From Prorocentrum cordatum (taxonomy: Eukaryota), in the NCBI GenBank assembly GCA_963575745.1, contig CAUYUJ010000307.1, forward strand, positions 1 through 64,000: a stretch of 64,000 bases of DNA, in the 5' to 3' direction. The notes below the pieces were generated by a model, which was not told where the DNA came from, made no database searches, and saw only the letters and a list, made by a program, of their open reading frames with translations. Position 1 is the first letter of the stretch; every line of letters starts with the position of its first letter. The position numbers and the translations under genes were made by a program. Of the stretch, positions 49,400 to 62,574 are shown in pieces.

Positions 49400-52300
49400 C
49401 CGACCTACTTCTTGCGACGGGCGCGCGTCTCAGCGTGCACGTGCGTTGTGGATCATCGTCAGTCGTTGGTCACTGATCGTCGTTCCTCGTTCCTGTCCTA
49501 GGCATGTTGCATGCTCATTGCTCCTGGCCGCCCTCCATCGCCCGCTCAGGCGCCGCTCTGGCGGTCGACGGTGCCCGGGTGGAGGTCGTGCGCCAGCGCG
49601 CCTGTGGGCGAGGGAACGGCCGCGCGCTGCGCCCGGCTACCAGGCGCGCGGCCAGGGCGGGCGGCCAAAACAGAGACCTTGCTATTATCAGGATAGAGGG
49701 GAGGGAGGGTCTGGGTGGCAGAATGGCGTGCGCACGCTTAGTAACCTGCCGCGATTCAGCGGTGGGGATGCAGTGTGGGAGTTGTGCGGATGCGACGGTC
49801 GTGCTGACAGCGTCGGCGAGCTCGGGGGCGATCGGTGTCATTTTGGGCTTGACGTTCTCGCTCGACGAGCGGGGTCATGAGGGGCGCGCTCACTCTCTCT
49901 CAGCACCGCCACCTCCCCCCACCCTCCCACTCACGACTCCCGACGCGACGCGACTCGACTGGATCGTCCGCGACCGAGTCGACCCCCATCGCCGCAGGTG
50001 CGAGCTCGCGTTCGCCACGGACACGCGGATTCGCGTTCTCGCACGGCAGTTCGGCGTGGACAAGAATGTCGTGAACAGTAACCAGCTGCTCGTAGCCGAG
50101 GTGTTGCTGCGACAACAGGATCGACCTCACCCCCCCCTAGCCTACTTCCCTCCACCCTGAGTAGACGGCACGGTTCCCTTTGATATGTTGAGTCATTGTT
50201 TGTCGACGTGGCTTCTTGACGTCGGCTCTTGTGATGCGCTTTGTTTGGTGGATGTTCGATTTCAGGTCCTGGGTTCTGGTACTTGTGGGTGGTAGACACT
50301 AGAGACCTTGGGTTCCTGGCCGACTAGCGTTTCACGTCCGCTGTCCCACCATCCTTCCCTTGGGTCACTTCGGCCGCCTGGTAGGAGCGCTGGCCGGAGT
50401 GCATCAAGTGGTTGGCCACGGAGATCCAGCCGCTCTGCGTCGCCACCAGCAGGATTCAGGGCCTGGCTGGGAATGCGACGAGCCCTCCTTGCCTCCTTGC
50501 ACCCTCCCTTCTCCCAACCCCTCCTTTCCTCCTCCTCCTCCTCCCCCTTGCCACCTTGCGCCCCCTTGTCGACCCCCGACGACGTTGTCCTCTCCGTTCT
50601 CTCCTGCCGCGCCCGCTAGCCCGCGCAGGAGATGGGACGAGACCAAGGAGAGGCTCATGCTCGCGGGCGTCGCGGACTCCGTGGAGGTCAGCCCCACGCG
50701 GGGCGCGAGGAGGAAGGAGGAGGAGGAGGAGGCCAGGAGGAGGAGGAGGAGGACCTCTGGGAGGGAGAGGTTTGGGAGGATGAGGGTGCGGAGGGGAATA
50801 GTCGGAGGCGGAGGATGCGGAGGAGGTGAGGAGGACTGTGTCGTCCTGAAGGTGATGGTCTCGTCGCACCGCCTCGTGGTGACGTGGCCAGACAGGCCGA
50901 TCCTTGCCATTGACGTCATCTGCCCCCCCTGCCCTCTGAAGAGCAACAGTGCCAATGACCTGCTGGCCGCCTTGACAGACCACCCCGCCCTCCGCCGGAT
51001 CGAGGAGCTCGCGGTTGCCATCAGGACATCGGCTGCCTAACCGCCCCCCAGGCCCTTCCACGCACCCCTCCTGGAGCTCACGCAGCGCAGCTCAGCGCAT
51101 CGCAGCTCAGCTTAGCGCATGTCGCTAGGAAGTGAAGGGGGCCCCGGGGGCCCCCAGGGGGCGGGCGTCACTGCGCGCGCGGCCATCGCCCGCGGCACCG
51201 CTGGCGCTCGCTGGCGCGGACGCCACGGGTGATGCCCCCGCTCGCGGGTACACTGACGCCCTGTGTCTCGACGGCGCGCCCCATTCACAAGGAGCCTGGC
51301 GCGCTACTCCTTCCACACGTCGGAGTGCGATGGTGCGTCCGGGAACGACAGGCTCCATGCGTTTCAGGCGCGCCACCCGTGCATGCGGGTGCCAGGGTGC
51401 ATTTACGAAGTGCTGTTGTGTGCGAACCACCAGCAGCATCTCGCCACCCTCGGAGTCGTCGCCATTTGCTCTGGCACCATGGCGAACGACCTGTTCGCGG
51501 GCACGCTGTTCCTCACTGGCTCTGGGCATTGGAAGCGTCTGGTGGACAGCTTGCCAGAGGTCACGACGACGCGACGACGACGCCGATGACGACCTTACGA
51601 CGGGGACGACGGTGGGGGCGACGGTGACGCCTTGAGCGATGGCACTTGACAGGTCGTGCAATCGTTGGACGTGCAGTATGGCGAGCCGCCGCCAGCGGAG
51701 CGTGCCGCCTGGTCCCGCTACAGTCGCGCGCTCTGCCTCTTCGTTCTTCGCAACGTCCGAGGCTCGGGCCACGGCGCCGCCAGCGCCAGCGATGCCGACG
51801 CCGCAGACCTGCGCGCGCACAGCGCTCTCACGCATCGCCTCTCGGAGCTCATGGCAATACTTAATGGTACCTCGGGCATCGAAACGCACATGTGGGGAAC
51901 ACCCCCCCCAGCCTCTTCACCTCCTGGGCCTGTGCCCCCTGGTCCCACCCCCTTCGCCCCTCTGGGCCACTGGGTCACTGTCACCTCGCCCGACCCATCT
52001 CCACGCCCCCCCCCCCCCCCACGCACACATGCGTTTTCAGGCCCATGGTGCGCTGGTCGCGGCTTCTCGCACTACTGCAAGCGGGACGGCAGCTGCTGCC
52101 CAGGCGCCACGCACGCTGACCGCGTCGCCTCCGCGCGAGGCCGCGCTGCTCGTGCGCTGCGGCGCACTTGCTTGCGGGTGCAGCCGTCGCGCCCGAGCTT
52201 GAACAAGTGGACGAAGGTCCCCCCGGCGTTCGACTTCTTCGGCTTCTCGTTGAGCGTGGGTGGCGGTTTCCTGTCCCGTGCTTGCCAGATCGCGCTGGGC

Positions 52301-55300
52301 CCCCTTCGCGTGGTGCTCGACAAGGCCGTCAGGGATGCTGGCCGGACGGCGCCAATCCTGGACCCGCAGGCCAGTCACCAGTTCGTCCTCCTCCTCCTCC
52401 TCCTCCTCCTCCTCCTCCTCCTTCCTTCGGTCCTTCCCCTGCTGCCTCCTCCTCCTCCTCCTCCTCCTCCTCCCCCGTCCCCCCAGCCACTCTTCACTGC
52501 CCGCCCTCTCCACGCCCTCCCCACCTCCGCCTCCCTTGGCCCCCATGTACACTGTACACGTGAACCGCCCGCGCCCCCCCCCCCCCCCCCCCCCCGCAGC
52601 CGCCTCCTCCTCCTCTCCTCCTCCACCCTACTCACCTCAGCGCGCTCCCTTCGCCCTTGCACGTCGAAGGCTGAACACTCATCGCTGCAGTACAGCGCGG
52701 TGTCTGGAGTCAGGCTGCGCAGGTTGTTCCGCCTGCTGGACTCGCAGCCCACTTCGCGCGCTCTGGCGTGCTACATGGTGTCGGCCGAGATCGGGCGCAC
52801 GCTGGGGTACTACTTCATGCAGGCGTCGGAGGGGCGCATGCACGAATGCGGCGACCTGGCCAGCCGTCCCTACGTGATGGACCTGGCGTCCCCGAGAACC
52901 AGCGGTGTCACGGTGTCCTTGCAGTACGTCGGCAGCCTGCTCGCCGGGGCGGGCGTTTCGCGCGTTGTCTGGCAGAGGCTTGGTGACGCGACGATCGGCA
53001 CTTGGGCTGCGAGGTGTCGCCATTCCTTCCTAATAACAGGAGGAGGAGGAGGAGGAGGAGGAGGAGGAGGAGGAGGGGATGAGGAAGGAGGAGGAGGAGG
53101 AGGGGGGGAGGGGGACGTGGAGGCGGAGGAGGAAGGAGTCCGATGGGCGGTCGGGAGGATCCAGGATGAGGGGGAGGGGCGGGAGGCAGAGGCGGAGGCG
53201 GAGGAGGAGGATGACCACGCGAACGACGACGGCCGCCGCGCCCCCCCCCCCTAGGCAGCCTGGAGACGCCAAGCTGTACCGCAGGGCCGTGCTCGCCAGC
53301 GCTGCGATGACGCAGAAGAGGCACTGGGCCTTGGGCGGGCAGGGGGGAGGCTGGACAGGGGGTAGAGTCGACACCAGCGATGGCGAAGACGGACGACGAC
53401 GAGACTGAGACGGATGGTGCCGATGATAATGATATAGACGCTTCGCGTATCCCAACCAGCCCATCCAGGAAACACTAGTGAGGCCGAGACGCACATACTA
53501 TTCTAGACGCTGGTTCACTATGTGCCACATAGTGAACCAGCGTGGGCACCAGCACATGGTTTGCCAATCTGTTCCGTCTCGCTGACCCCCCGCGCTGGAG
53601 TTCGGGCAGTGCACCGCACGCCGTTCCCTATGACCCTATGGTAAACGTCCCTTGCGCAGATTCGAGTAGCGTGCCGATGGGCATGGTGACTCTTCGTGCT
53701 GCTTTGCATCTTAAACCCGCGTGCGGCTACTTGTGCTGGATCCGGTGCCGTTTGCTGGTGGCGGTTGTGGCTGCTCCTGCCGGGGCCATCTTGGGGGCCG
53801 CAGGAAGAAGTGTAGGGGGGGGCCGCGAGGACAGGATGAGCGGGAGGAGGAGGAGGAGGAACAGGAATGCGGGACGAGGAGAACAAGGAGGAGGACGAGG
53901 AGGAGGGAAGAGGCGGGAAGGATGGAGCAGACGATGATAAGAAGAACGCCTAGATGGGCGTTTGGATGTGGTGAGGGGCTCTTCGAGGACTCGTAATACC
54001 GTCTTGTCGCCATATTGGGCCTGTCGTCTTGGGCCTTGGGGGTCCTCAGGGCCTTGCCGGGGCCTTCTTGGGGCTCAGCTCGTTCGGGGCGTCTTGGTGG
54101 CCTCTTGTTGGGGCCTTTTTTTCAAGGGTCTGGGATGCGGGTCGTCTTGCCGCACCCCCACTGCTCAACAAGAATGGGGGGGGGGTCAATTCGCATCCCC
54201 CTTCGGAGGCTCCAAAATGCCATCTTGGGGCCCTCTGCGCTCTTGGGGCCGTCTCGGGATCCTCTTGAACCTGTCTTTGGGCTATCTTGGGCCAGCGTGT
54301 CTTGAGTCTTGATGCCTTAAGAGCCCATCGGAGGCGACAGAGCGGGAAGACAACTAGGTTTTTGAAGGATTCTGGCTTCTTGTGGGGTCCTTGGAAGCTT
54401 CGGAGGGCACTTGAAGCCGTCTTGGGGCCTTCTCATGGCCTCCTGGGCGCGCGACGGAGGCTATCTTGACCCGCCTACCGCTATCTTGGGCCACCGTGGC
54501 GGCCATCTTGCGCCCTCGGAGGTCCTCGTGACGCCATATTGGGCCATCTTCGGCGCTGTGACCCCTCGCTGCCCACCCCGCCCAGACGCCCGGGGGGGGG
54601 GGGGCGACCCCCAACAAACATGGAAATCATGGAAATGGGCATGGGGGGGGTAGGCTGGATGATGGGAAGGGCAGCTCCCTCAACCACCTGCGCCCAGAGG
54701 GCCGGCGTGTTCGTTGTGTCGATGCCCCCTTCCTCCCTCCCGCTAGGCATGGCCACTACCTGAGCGCGCCCTACAGCTTAGTCCGCCTCGTGGACGACCG
54801 CGTCCCAGCTCACGAGAAAGCCCAGGTGAGAGCGGCGTTCACCGCCGTGCCCCCGCGCTGCCTTCCTCCTGGTCTGGCGCAAGATGCTCGTGAACAAGGG
54901 CTGCCTCTTGATGGCCCGCTCGCCGACGCCTGGATCATGGGCTGGGCCGTGTCGCTCACGCTGTCCCTCTCCCACACGGAGCAGCTTCGGCGCGCGGTTA
55001 CCGAGGGGGAAGATGAGCAGGATGAGGCGAAGGATGAATGAGGAGGGTGATGATGAGGAGGAGCCGCCACGTCCCGTTCATGTCAGATCCAGGTCCATGT
55101 TCCATATGTGCGCGCGTGTGTTCGCTCAGTCCGCTGGCCCTGGAGCGCTAGTTGGGGCCTCTCAGCCTCTCTCGTGTGAGACCCTCTTGGGAGGCCTCAT
55201 ATAAGCTTCTCGTGGCGCTCATGTCCCCCCTTGGCGGCGGATGGGTTCTCGGGTTCTCGGGGCGGGAGGGCGGCGGTCGATTGTAGCCCCCCCCCCGTCG

Positions 55301-58291
55301 CCCCCTGCAGCGGCCGCGATCCTCGCGACGGGTGGCCGCCATATTCATATGACAGTCGATGGGTGGATCCGATTACCCGATGGCTCTCGACTCTCGACGG
55401 CAGGAGCGCATGCGCGCGCTCAACCGCGCTTACAACGACGGCGGCGGCCAGGGCATGCGGTTCGACCTGATTGCTTCGAACAACGTCAACCGCCAGGCGA
55501 TCTCCCGGGTCCAGGAGGACAAGCGCCGGCTGCAGGCGCGCCAACGAGGTGCAGGTGCCTGGTTTCTCCTCTCTCACTCCCCCCCCCCCTCCTCCTCCCC
55601 CCTCTCCTCCTGACCTCCTCCTGACCTCCTCCCACATGTCACATGCCCTCTTCCTCTGCCCGCCTCCTCCATCCACTCGCGCCCAGCCCAGCCCCCCCAT
55701 CGTGCATCGTCTATCGCAACTCCACTCCTTTCCCTTGCCGATATGGCGCCCCTCAGTGTTGTTCGGGTGATTGGTCTGCCCCTGCCCCAAGGTGCAGAGG
55801 CGCCGCTGTTGCCTGGCCCGCGTCGGCTTCCAGCGATCGCTGACGCCACCGCGGGTGCAGCCGCCGATGCCTGCGAGGCGCCACCGCGGAAGCGGAGTTT
55901 GGGTGCATCCGAGCTCTTCAAGAAAGACTACATTGCTTCGCGCAAGACTGCGCTCGCCATGCATGCTGGAGCAGCCCCCCCGCCGCCCAACCCTGGGTCC
56001 TCGGCTTTCAACGCCGAATTCAGGGTCGCATGGGCTGATCTTCCTCAGGCGAAGAAGGACCTCTACGCGACTGAAGCTGCAGCCCAACGTCTGGTGCTCA
56101 AAGGCCAACGCAAGGTGTGGAAGCAGCAGCAGCGCGGGCGGCATGCGGCGCGGCGCTCTTCGTCGGGGGGACCTCCGCACCCGCCGCCGCAGACACCTCC
56201 ACGCCACAGCCGTCATATTGCACCTGTACTGGTGGGCCTTGGCTTGGCGAAATCCGACACGGCTCTCGTGGACGCGCCACCGCCCTCGGCCACGCATGCG
56301 ACCGCGCATCCACTGGCCGCCGCCGTCTTGACGTCAACCATGGCTGCCGTGAAGCACCCGGTGAAGACGCTCTCCCAGGACTTCTCCAGCAAGTGCTCGC
56401 GCTTGCACCCTGCCAGGACGGACGGCATCAAGATCGTGGGGGCGGTCGACTACGGCAAGCAGTGCAGAGGTCTCTGCGCCACCGCGGCGCCAGCCCAGCA
56501 GCAGTTGCTACACCAGCATCTCGTGCACTTGTGGAGCAAGTACACGCCCAGTTCAGTGACAGACGATATCATGGTGAGAGTTCGGGTGTACATGAGCGAC
56601 GACCCCGCCGAGCGGCCGCCAGTCGTCCACTACGTCCTTCTCTGCAGCGCCAGCTGCAGGTACGGGAGGTTCCCGGCGGCTCAGATGTGGCTTTGGCTTC
56701 AGCGCGTCTCCGACAGCAACCCGTTCTTGTTGGAAGCAGCGCGTCGTCCACTCGTCGACACGGCGGCTTTGGCCGACACCATGTTCGGCAAGTACGTGGA
56801 CCCCGACACGCAGAGCGGCGCCTTCACCATCAAGAGCGGTGACCAGACGGCTGCGGACATTATCAGGTCGTTCGGACGCGCCAGCCCGGCTGCATTGGCG
56901 GTGGACGTCATGGAGCACGACATGCCCCGCGTACGTCTGCCAGGACTGTATACGGGGACCCAAGCAAGCTACGCAACCTCAACCTCCTCCGCACCCTTCC
57001 TCCGCCACCCTCCCCCCGCCATTGCTGTGATGCGGAGTGCGGATGATGGTCATCAGACCTGGACATCGACGTCGACGTTGGCGCATGCGGCGTTGGCGTG
57101 GGCGTCGGTGGCCGACGTCGGTGGCGACCCCCGCCCGCGTCCCCTCCCCTCCACGGGGGGGGGGGGCCTCCACCGCCTCCACCACAGGAACTCACGTCAT
57201 ATCGGCCAACGTCGAGCAGTGGCTCGTGACGGGCGTGAAAGAGCAGCTGGCTGTCAGTAGGGTCTCCGACATCGAACGCGGCCTCGTTCCGCCGCTGCCC
57301 ATAGAGGACGTCCCAGGCCCAGCTGGAGGTGCCGCCGCAGCGGCTGCGGCAGCACCGCCGCCGGCGGGCGCCGCTGCTGGCCCCGACCCAGCTGCCTCTC
57401 CGGGCGACATGCTCGTTGATGAGCTCGCCAGTGAGGCCGAGATGCTCGAGATGTCAGGGCTGATGCCAGCCGACGACGTCGCAACGTTTCTCGCGGTCCT
57501 GCGCGGTGCAGGCGACGCCCGCGAAGGCGCGGGCGGTGCAGCTGATGGCGCTGAGGATGGTGATGATGATGCTGCTGGCGATGCCGCCGACGCCGACGGA
57601 TATTCCGACGTCGCGGACGTCGAGGTCGTGGATGCAGACGGGGCGCGCGCTGCAGAGGAGGCACTGGCGGCGCCCGACCTGCCAGCCAGCGGCGCTGACG
57701 GCGCTGACGGTGGCGATGCGGCAGCACCAGCGGCGGTGGATGCGGATGAGTCCCTGGACGAGCTGAAGGACCGCTTGCAGCTCCAGGATAGAGGTCTGCG
57801 CTACCCGAGGGATGTGCTCGACATGTCTGGCCCAGGATACCCCCGTCGTCGACGTCCGATGTCGTGGCCCTCTACACCGCGTCCTGTCCGTTCGCGCCCC
57901 TGCCTGCCGCCCCTAGCCGTTCATCGTCGCCGCCCCATCGTGCGCGCCTTCTCTCTTCTCCTTCTCTCCTCTCGCTCTTCTCCTTCTCTCTTCTCTCATC
58001 TCCTTCTCTCCCGCGCCCGGTGCCTCCAGGAGGTCCATCGAGTTCGAGCGCAGCACCGTCGCGCCCTGTCCTGGGGAGGCTCTACAAGATTTGGAGCGAC
58101 AAGACTCTCAAGATGGAATGCAAGGCGCCTGGTCATCGGGGGTGCAGCATCATGCTCAACGTCGCGTGGTGACCTCTCTGTCCTCCTCCTCCTGGACTCC
58201 TGGCTGCTCCAGGCCCTCACTTCTCCAACTGATTCCACCTTGGGCCCTGGACCCTGGACTCTGGACGGCGGACGAGGAGGAGGAGGAGGAG

Positions 58292-58332
<41 letters not shown>

Positions 58333-58548
58333 GTGATTCAGGGATGTGTATGTATGGTGCTAGCTGTCGCGCATCGCCAAAGGTACACTGGCGGCTTCGA
58401 CGGGTGCGCCAAGGACTGCTACCGCTGGCTTGAGGCTGCGCGCAGAGAGGACGCCGCAGGTCATAAGCGCCTGGCCAACGAAATTAAGACAGCCGTCCTG
58501 CCAGCGCGCCCGCCACCGGCGGCGGCTGGCAAGCGGCGGAAGACGTAG
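49400..58548 (+). CDS. Multi-exon DDE transposase-like protein (CxxH clade: hAT/P/MULE-like) with HMG-box-like and C-terminal Cys/His modules; 5' end not located
   Basis: Phase-consistent exons 49550-49643, 49998-50118, 50385-50452, 50629-50686, ~50831-51024, 51292-51559, 51653-51866, 52041-52369, 52670-53013, 53255-53320, 54747-54978, 55404-55548, 55792-~56956, (uncertain ~57055-57125), 57188-57835, 58030-58168, 58383-58548; motifs RRWDET, ECDGASGN, CANHQQHL, LNGPW...HYC...CC, PSLNKWT, SLSHT|ERMRA. Confidence 0.75.
53425..53546. mobile_element. Small insertion ending in a perfect 18-bp-arm palindrome, inside a transposase intron
   Basis: ACGCTGGTTCACTATGTG-C-CACATAGTGAACCAGCGT at 53507-53543; lower GC than surroundings. 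Confidence 0.55.
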
Positions 58549-59892
58549 GGGGGTCTGGTCTGGGATAATGATAAGGATTGGTCACCCAGGGCAGGGGCAG
58601 GGACCCGCCCGCCCCACCTCACCTCCCGCACCGGACCTTACCGGGCCTGCGACCGGGACCGTCGACCCCACTCCATTCCCCCTCCATCCCCGCCTCCCAG
58701 AGCCAGACTCCCAGACACCACCATGCCCCGGTCGAAAATGGGGGTCGGGGTCAGGGCCGACGGCCAGGGATGATCATTCACTAATTCCTTATGCTCCTCC
58801 TGCTTCTCTTGCTTTCCTTGTTCCTCCTGCCTGCCCCCTGCAGGTCTTGCTCCCTGCTGCCCTGCTCCACCTCCTCCTCCGCCTCCACCTCCTCCTCCTC
58901 GTCCTCCTCCCCCCCCCTCCTCCACCTCCTCCTCCTCCTGTCCTGTGCGGGCCAGGGCGTCCAGGGTCAGGGCCGGGTTAGCGTCGACGCCCCCCCCCCC
59001 TCGACTCGTTTGCGCGCCACCGCGCGCGGCAGCGTCGCCTGGGGCCAGGGGCCAGGAAGAAGGAAGATGAACCGGAGGATGAGGTCTGCGATCGATGAGG
59101 ATGCGGACAGACGGATGAGATGAGTCATGAGCAAACTAAGATGGGCGAGGAGCAGGCGACCCCCCCCCCACCCCTCGGCGGCAGCAGCATGTGACAAACG
59201 GTTTTATGGAAGCGTGTCTGCGCGTGCGTTTCTCGACGCTGATGCGTACTGAAGGCCTAGGCGGCCTAAGTGTATGAACTACCACGGTGTTTTGGGGTTT
59301 TGTTAAGTTTTGACGTGGCGGTCGCCCCTCCCGCAATTGCTCCCATGCGCTGCCGCCGATAAGATGTTCGGAATTAGCACGCAGCTCGCTCACTCAGCTC
59401 ACCATGAGCGTTTGCTGTGCTGGCGTGGGGCCGTGGTCGCTGTCGGCGCGCGAGGCCCCCATTGAGAGGCCTCGAGGTCGCGCGCTGTCTTTTTCCGAGC
59501 TGGTCGAGCCTGACTGGCTGAGCCTAGCTGGAGTGTGCAGTGAGGGGCCACGTCTCACACTCCAGCCACGGAATGGTGGCCCAGCCGCCCCCAGGCACGA
59601 TGATATGCAACACGGCGCATGCGGCAACTCGCCGCAGGGGTGATGCACCGCAAAATGCAACCGTATCGAAGCCGACTTGTTATCCTGCTCCCGTCGAGTA
59701 TCGAGCGCGGTCGTTCCCGCGCCCCTCCTGGGTTTCGGGTTTCGGTACGTGAACTTGCGTCGCACGATGGCCGATGGCATGCGTAGCCAGGTCTTCCCAC
59801 GTGCACCCGTGCAGCTTGACTGCTCAAGCCACGACCCGCTCAGGATCGGCCCCTCGCCAGTGTCGCTGCCTCGTCACCCTAGTAAGTAAGTG

Positions 59893-60720
59893 ATGCCGCC
59901 AGAGCGACCACGCCGCGCGAGCAGTCGCCCCCGCGCGCCAGCGATGAAGCGCCCAGCTGCATCAGCATCATCAGCTCCGCAGCCAGCAGGGCAGCGCCCG
60001 GACCGCGAGGTAGTGCGCAGGATTGCGCTGGAGACAGTGCGACGCCTTGCAGCAGCAGATGCACTTGATCCCCGCTTTGTTGCTGCGTCGGGTGCGTTCC
60101 TGGATGAGTTCGATTTGGCGTTTTCGGCGCCCCCCTCCGACGCCGACGAAGGCGTCGCGGGTTCCACCGGTGGTGCAGCTGCTGCTGATGCCGCGGTGCC
60201 GTTCGACCCAGACACGTACGACCCGTGCACCTTCCCCAGACCGCTCAGCAAGGACGAGAATCGCGTCTTGGCCAAGTTCCGCGCCAAGGCCAAGACAGCT
60301 GCAGCCGCGAAGGCCATTGCCACGCGCGTCCAGTCGCAGGTCTCGAAGGTGAAGGAGCGCAGTGCGAAGGCGCCGCGTGGTCGGTGCCGTTTCATTCCGT
60401 TCACCAGTCATCGCCAGTCATATCATCATCAGTGGGTCATCAGGTGTGACACTGCCCATCCGCCCCGCCCACCTGTCACTGTCCTATTTATCACTCCTGT
60501 TTATCCTCCTGCCTCGCTCACTCCTCCTCACTCCTCACTCGCCATCGCCCCCCCCCCCCTGGGCCCCGCCCTGGGCTCCTTGTCAGCCGCCAGGCTGCGG
60601 CGAAGTGGAAGGCCAAGGCGTCGGAGCGCACGAAGGAGCTCCGGGCTGCGCAGCGGACCTCGGAGAAGCTCACGCGCGAGCTGGCCACTGCTACCATGCG
60701 ACAGGAGCCGTGGCAGGGAG
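59893..60720 (+). CDS. Basic, coiled-coil hypothetical protein (accessory gene C; at least 2 exons, 3' end uncertain)
   Basis: Exon to ~60370 (MKRPAA..., ENRVLAKFRAKAKTAAAAK), pyrimidine-rich intron, then cag|GCTGCGGCGAAGTGGAAG giving AAAKWKAKASERTKELRAAQR. Confidence 0.55.
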
Positions 60721-62574
60721 GGGCTTCAACCACCGCCGCCGCTGCCACCTTTGCCCACCCTGCGAGCTCTTCTCATTCCATCGGCCCCTCCTCCGCGACC
60801 TCAGTCAGTGACCTCGAGTCTCCTCATCGACTGTACCCACTCCCCTCCCGGACATCCCCCCACCCTGGGCCCTGGGGCTCTCATCGGGGACGCACGCCCT
60901 GGGCCCCTACAGCAGCGGCGCAGCGGTCATCATCATCATCATCATCATGGATCTCTTCCTTGGTGGCCCCCTCCCATTCGCAGGGCGCTCCTGGTCGCCT
61001 CTCGGGCCCACGAGGCGCAAGTCAGTGCGTACATGCACGTCAGTGCCCCTGGGCTCGCCATTGTCGTCTCCTGACCCCCCCCCACCTGGAGCTCCACTCC
61101 TGACAGTCTCGCCTTTGGTATAGGTGCTTGCCAGTGGCCTGGACCCTGAGCGCGCGGCAGTGATTTCGTTGACTTCTTTGACTTCCCAGGGGTAGCCGAT
61201 GGCCTGCGCGTCCCACATTGCCCGCCCCCTCCCTCTCCCAATGGCCCCCCCCCCACCGCCTTCCTAGCGCTCGTTAGTCCACCCCCCCACCCTGCCAGCC
61301 CCCTTCCAGGCCGCGGCCCCGTCCTCGCTCGGCTCGTCAGTGACCCCCCTCCCCCCGTACCAGGCCAACGCCTCATAGGAATCGTCGGGGGGCATCCCTG
61401 GGCCCGCCATTCCCCCCCCCCCCCACGCCCTCTGAAGCTCGACAGTGCCACCCCCCGCCCCGCGCGCGCACCTGGCCCGCCCCCGCCCCCCTTGCACTCG
61501 TCGCTGACCCCACCCCATGGGCTCGTCTCTGATACTTGGGCCTTACTTGGGTGCACCCCCCCCCTGGCGCTCGTCAGTGACCCCCTCCTGGACTCCTGGG
61601 ACTCCTGTGACATGTCCGAGTTCACCCTTCCTCACTCAGCCAGGGCTGAGTCAGCCCCCCTCCATCTTGGTAGCCCTCGCCCCCCTGGGGCTCGCGTGCT
61701 CGTCAGTGACCCGCCCCTCGCCAGTCGTGCCTCAGTGTCCCCCCCTACCCTCTGTGGACTCGGCAGTGAGCCACCTCTCTGACGCATCCGACTACGTCAG
61801 TGACCCCCGTCCTCCCAGGACCTGTCTGTCAGACTTCCTGGGGCTTCCCTCCAGCCCTCGCCCCTGACAGTCGTGCACTACGCAGTGAGCGGCCCGACGT
61901 CAGTCTCACCCCTATGGTCTCGTCTGGCACTCCCTGCCCCCCCCTGACGGTCGTCGGACTCGACAGTGAGCGCGCCCTAGGCTCACGGCGGTGCGGGGCT
62001 CGTCGGTACTGGGGTTCGTCGGTGACCCCCCCCCTGCGGCACGTCAGTGGCCCTCCTGCGGACCCCCTTGGAGCTCGGTGCCCCGCCCCATGGCGCGGCG
62101 CTTGTCGGAGGTCGGTGTTTCCAGCGACCGACCCGATCTCCACTCTCCAACACGCGCCCTCGGGCTCTTTCCTGGGAACTCTTTAGCGACACCCCCCTCC
62201 CTCTGGGTCTCGACAGTGATCACCCTGCCCTGCCCTCACCCCCTCCTCAGGGTTCGTCGGGCCTGTCGGCGCGTCGGCTCGTCAGCGATGAAACCCTCCT
62301 CCCCCCTGGAGCTCGTCAGTGACGCCGCCTGGAGCGGGATCGTCAGCGTCTCCACCTGGGACTCTCCAGTCGTACTCCTTGAGGCTCGGCTCGTCAGTGG
62401 ACACCCCTTGTGAGTCGTGGTCGTCAGTCGTCAGTCGTCAGTGGTCGCCAGTTCAGTGCCCCCCCCTGCAGCTCGTCAGAGACCCCCCCGTGAGCTCGTC
62501 AGAGACCCCCCTGGAGCTCGTCAGCGGCCCCCCCCTGTGGCTCGTCAGTGGCCCCCTGGGCGCTCGTCAGTGCC

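Noticed and set aside
53542..53760. WFANLFRLADP as a transposase exon
   Set aside because: No phase-compatible acceptor; 53320 joins cleanly to 54747 (QKR-HGHYLSAPYSLVRLVDDR)
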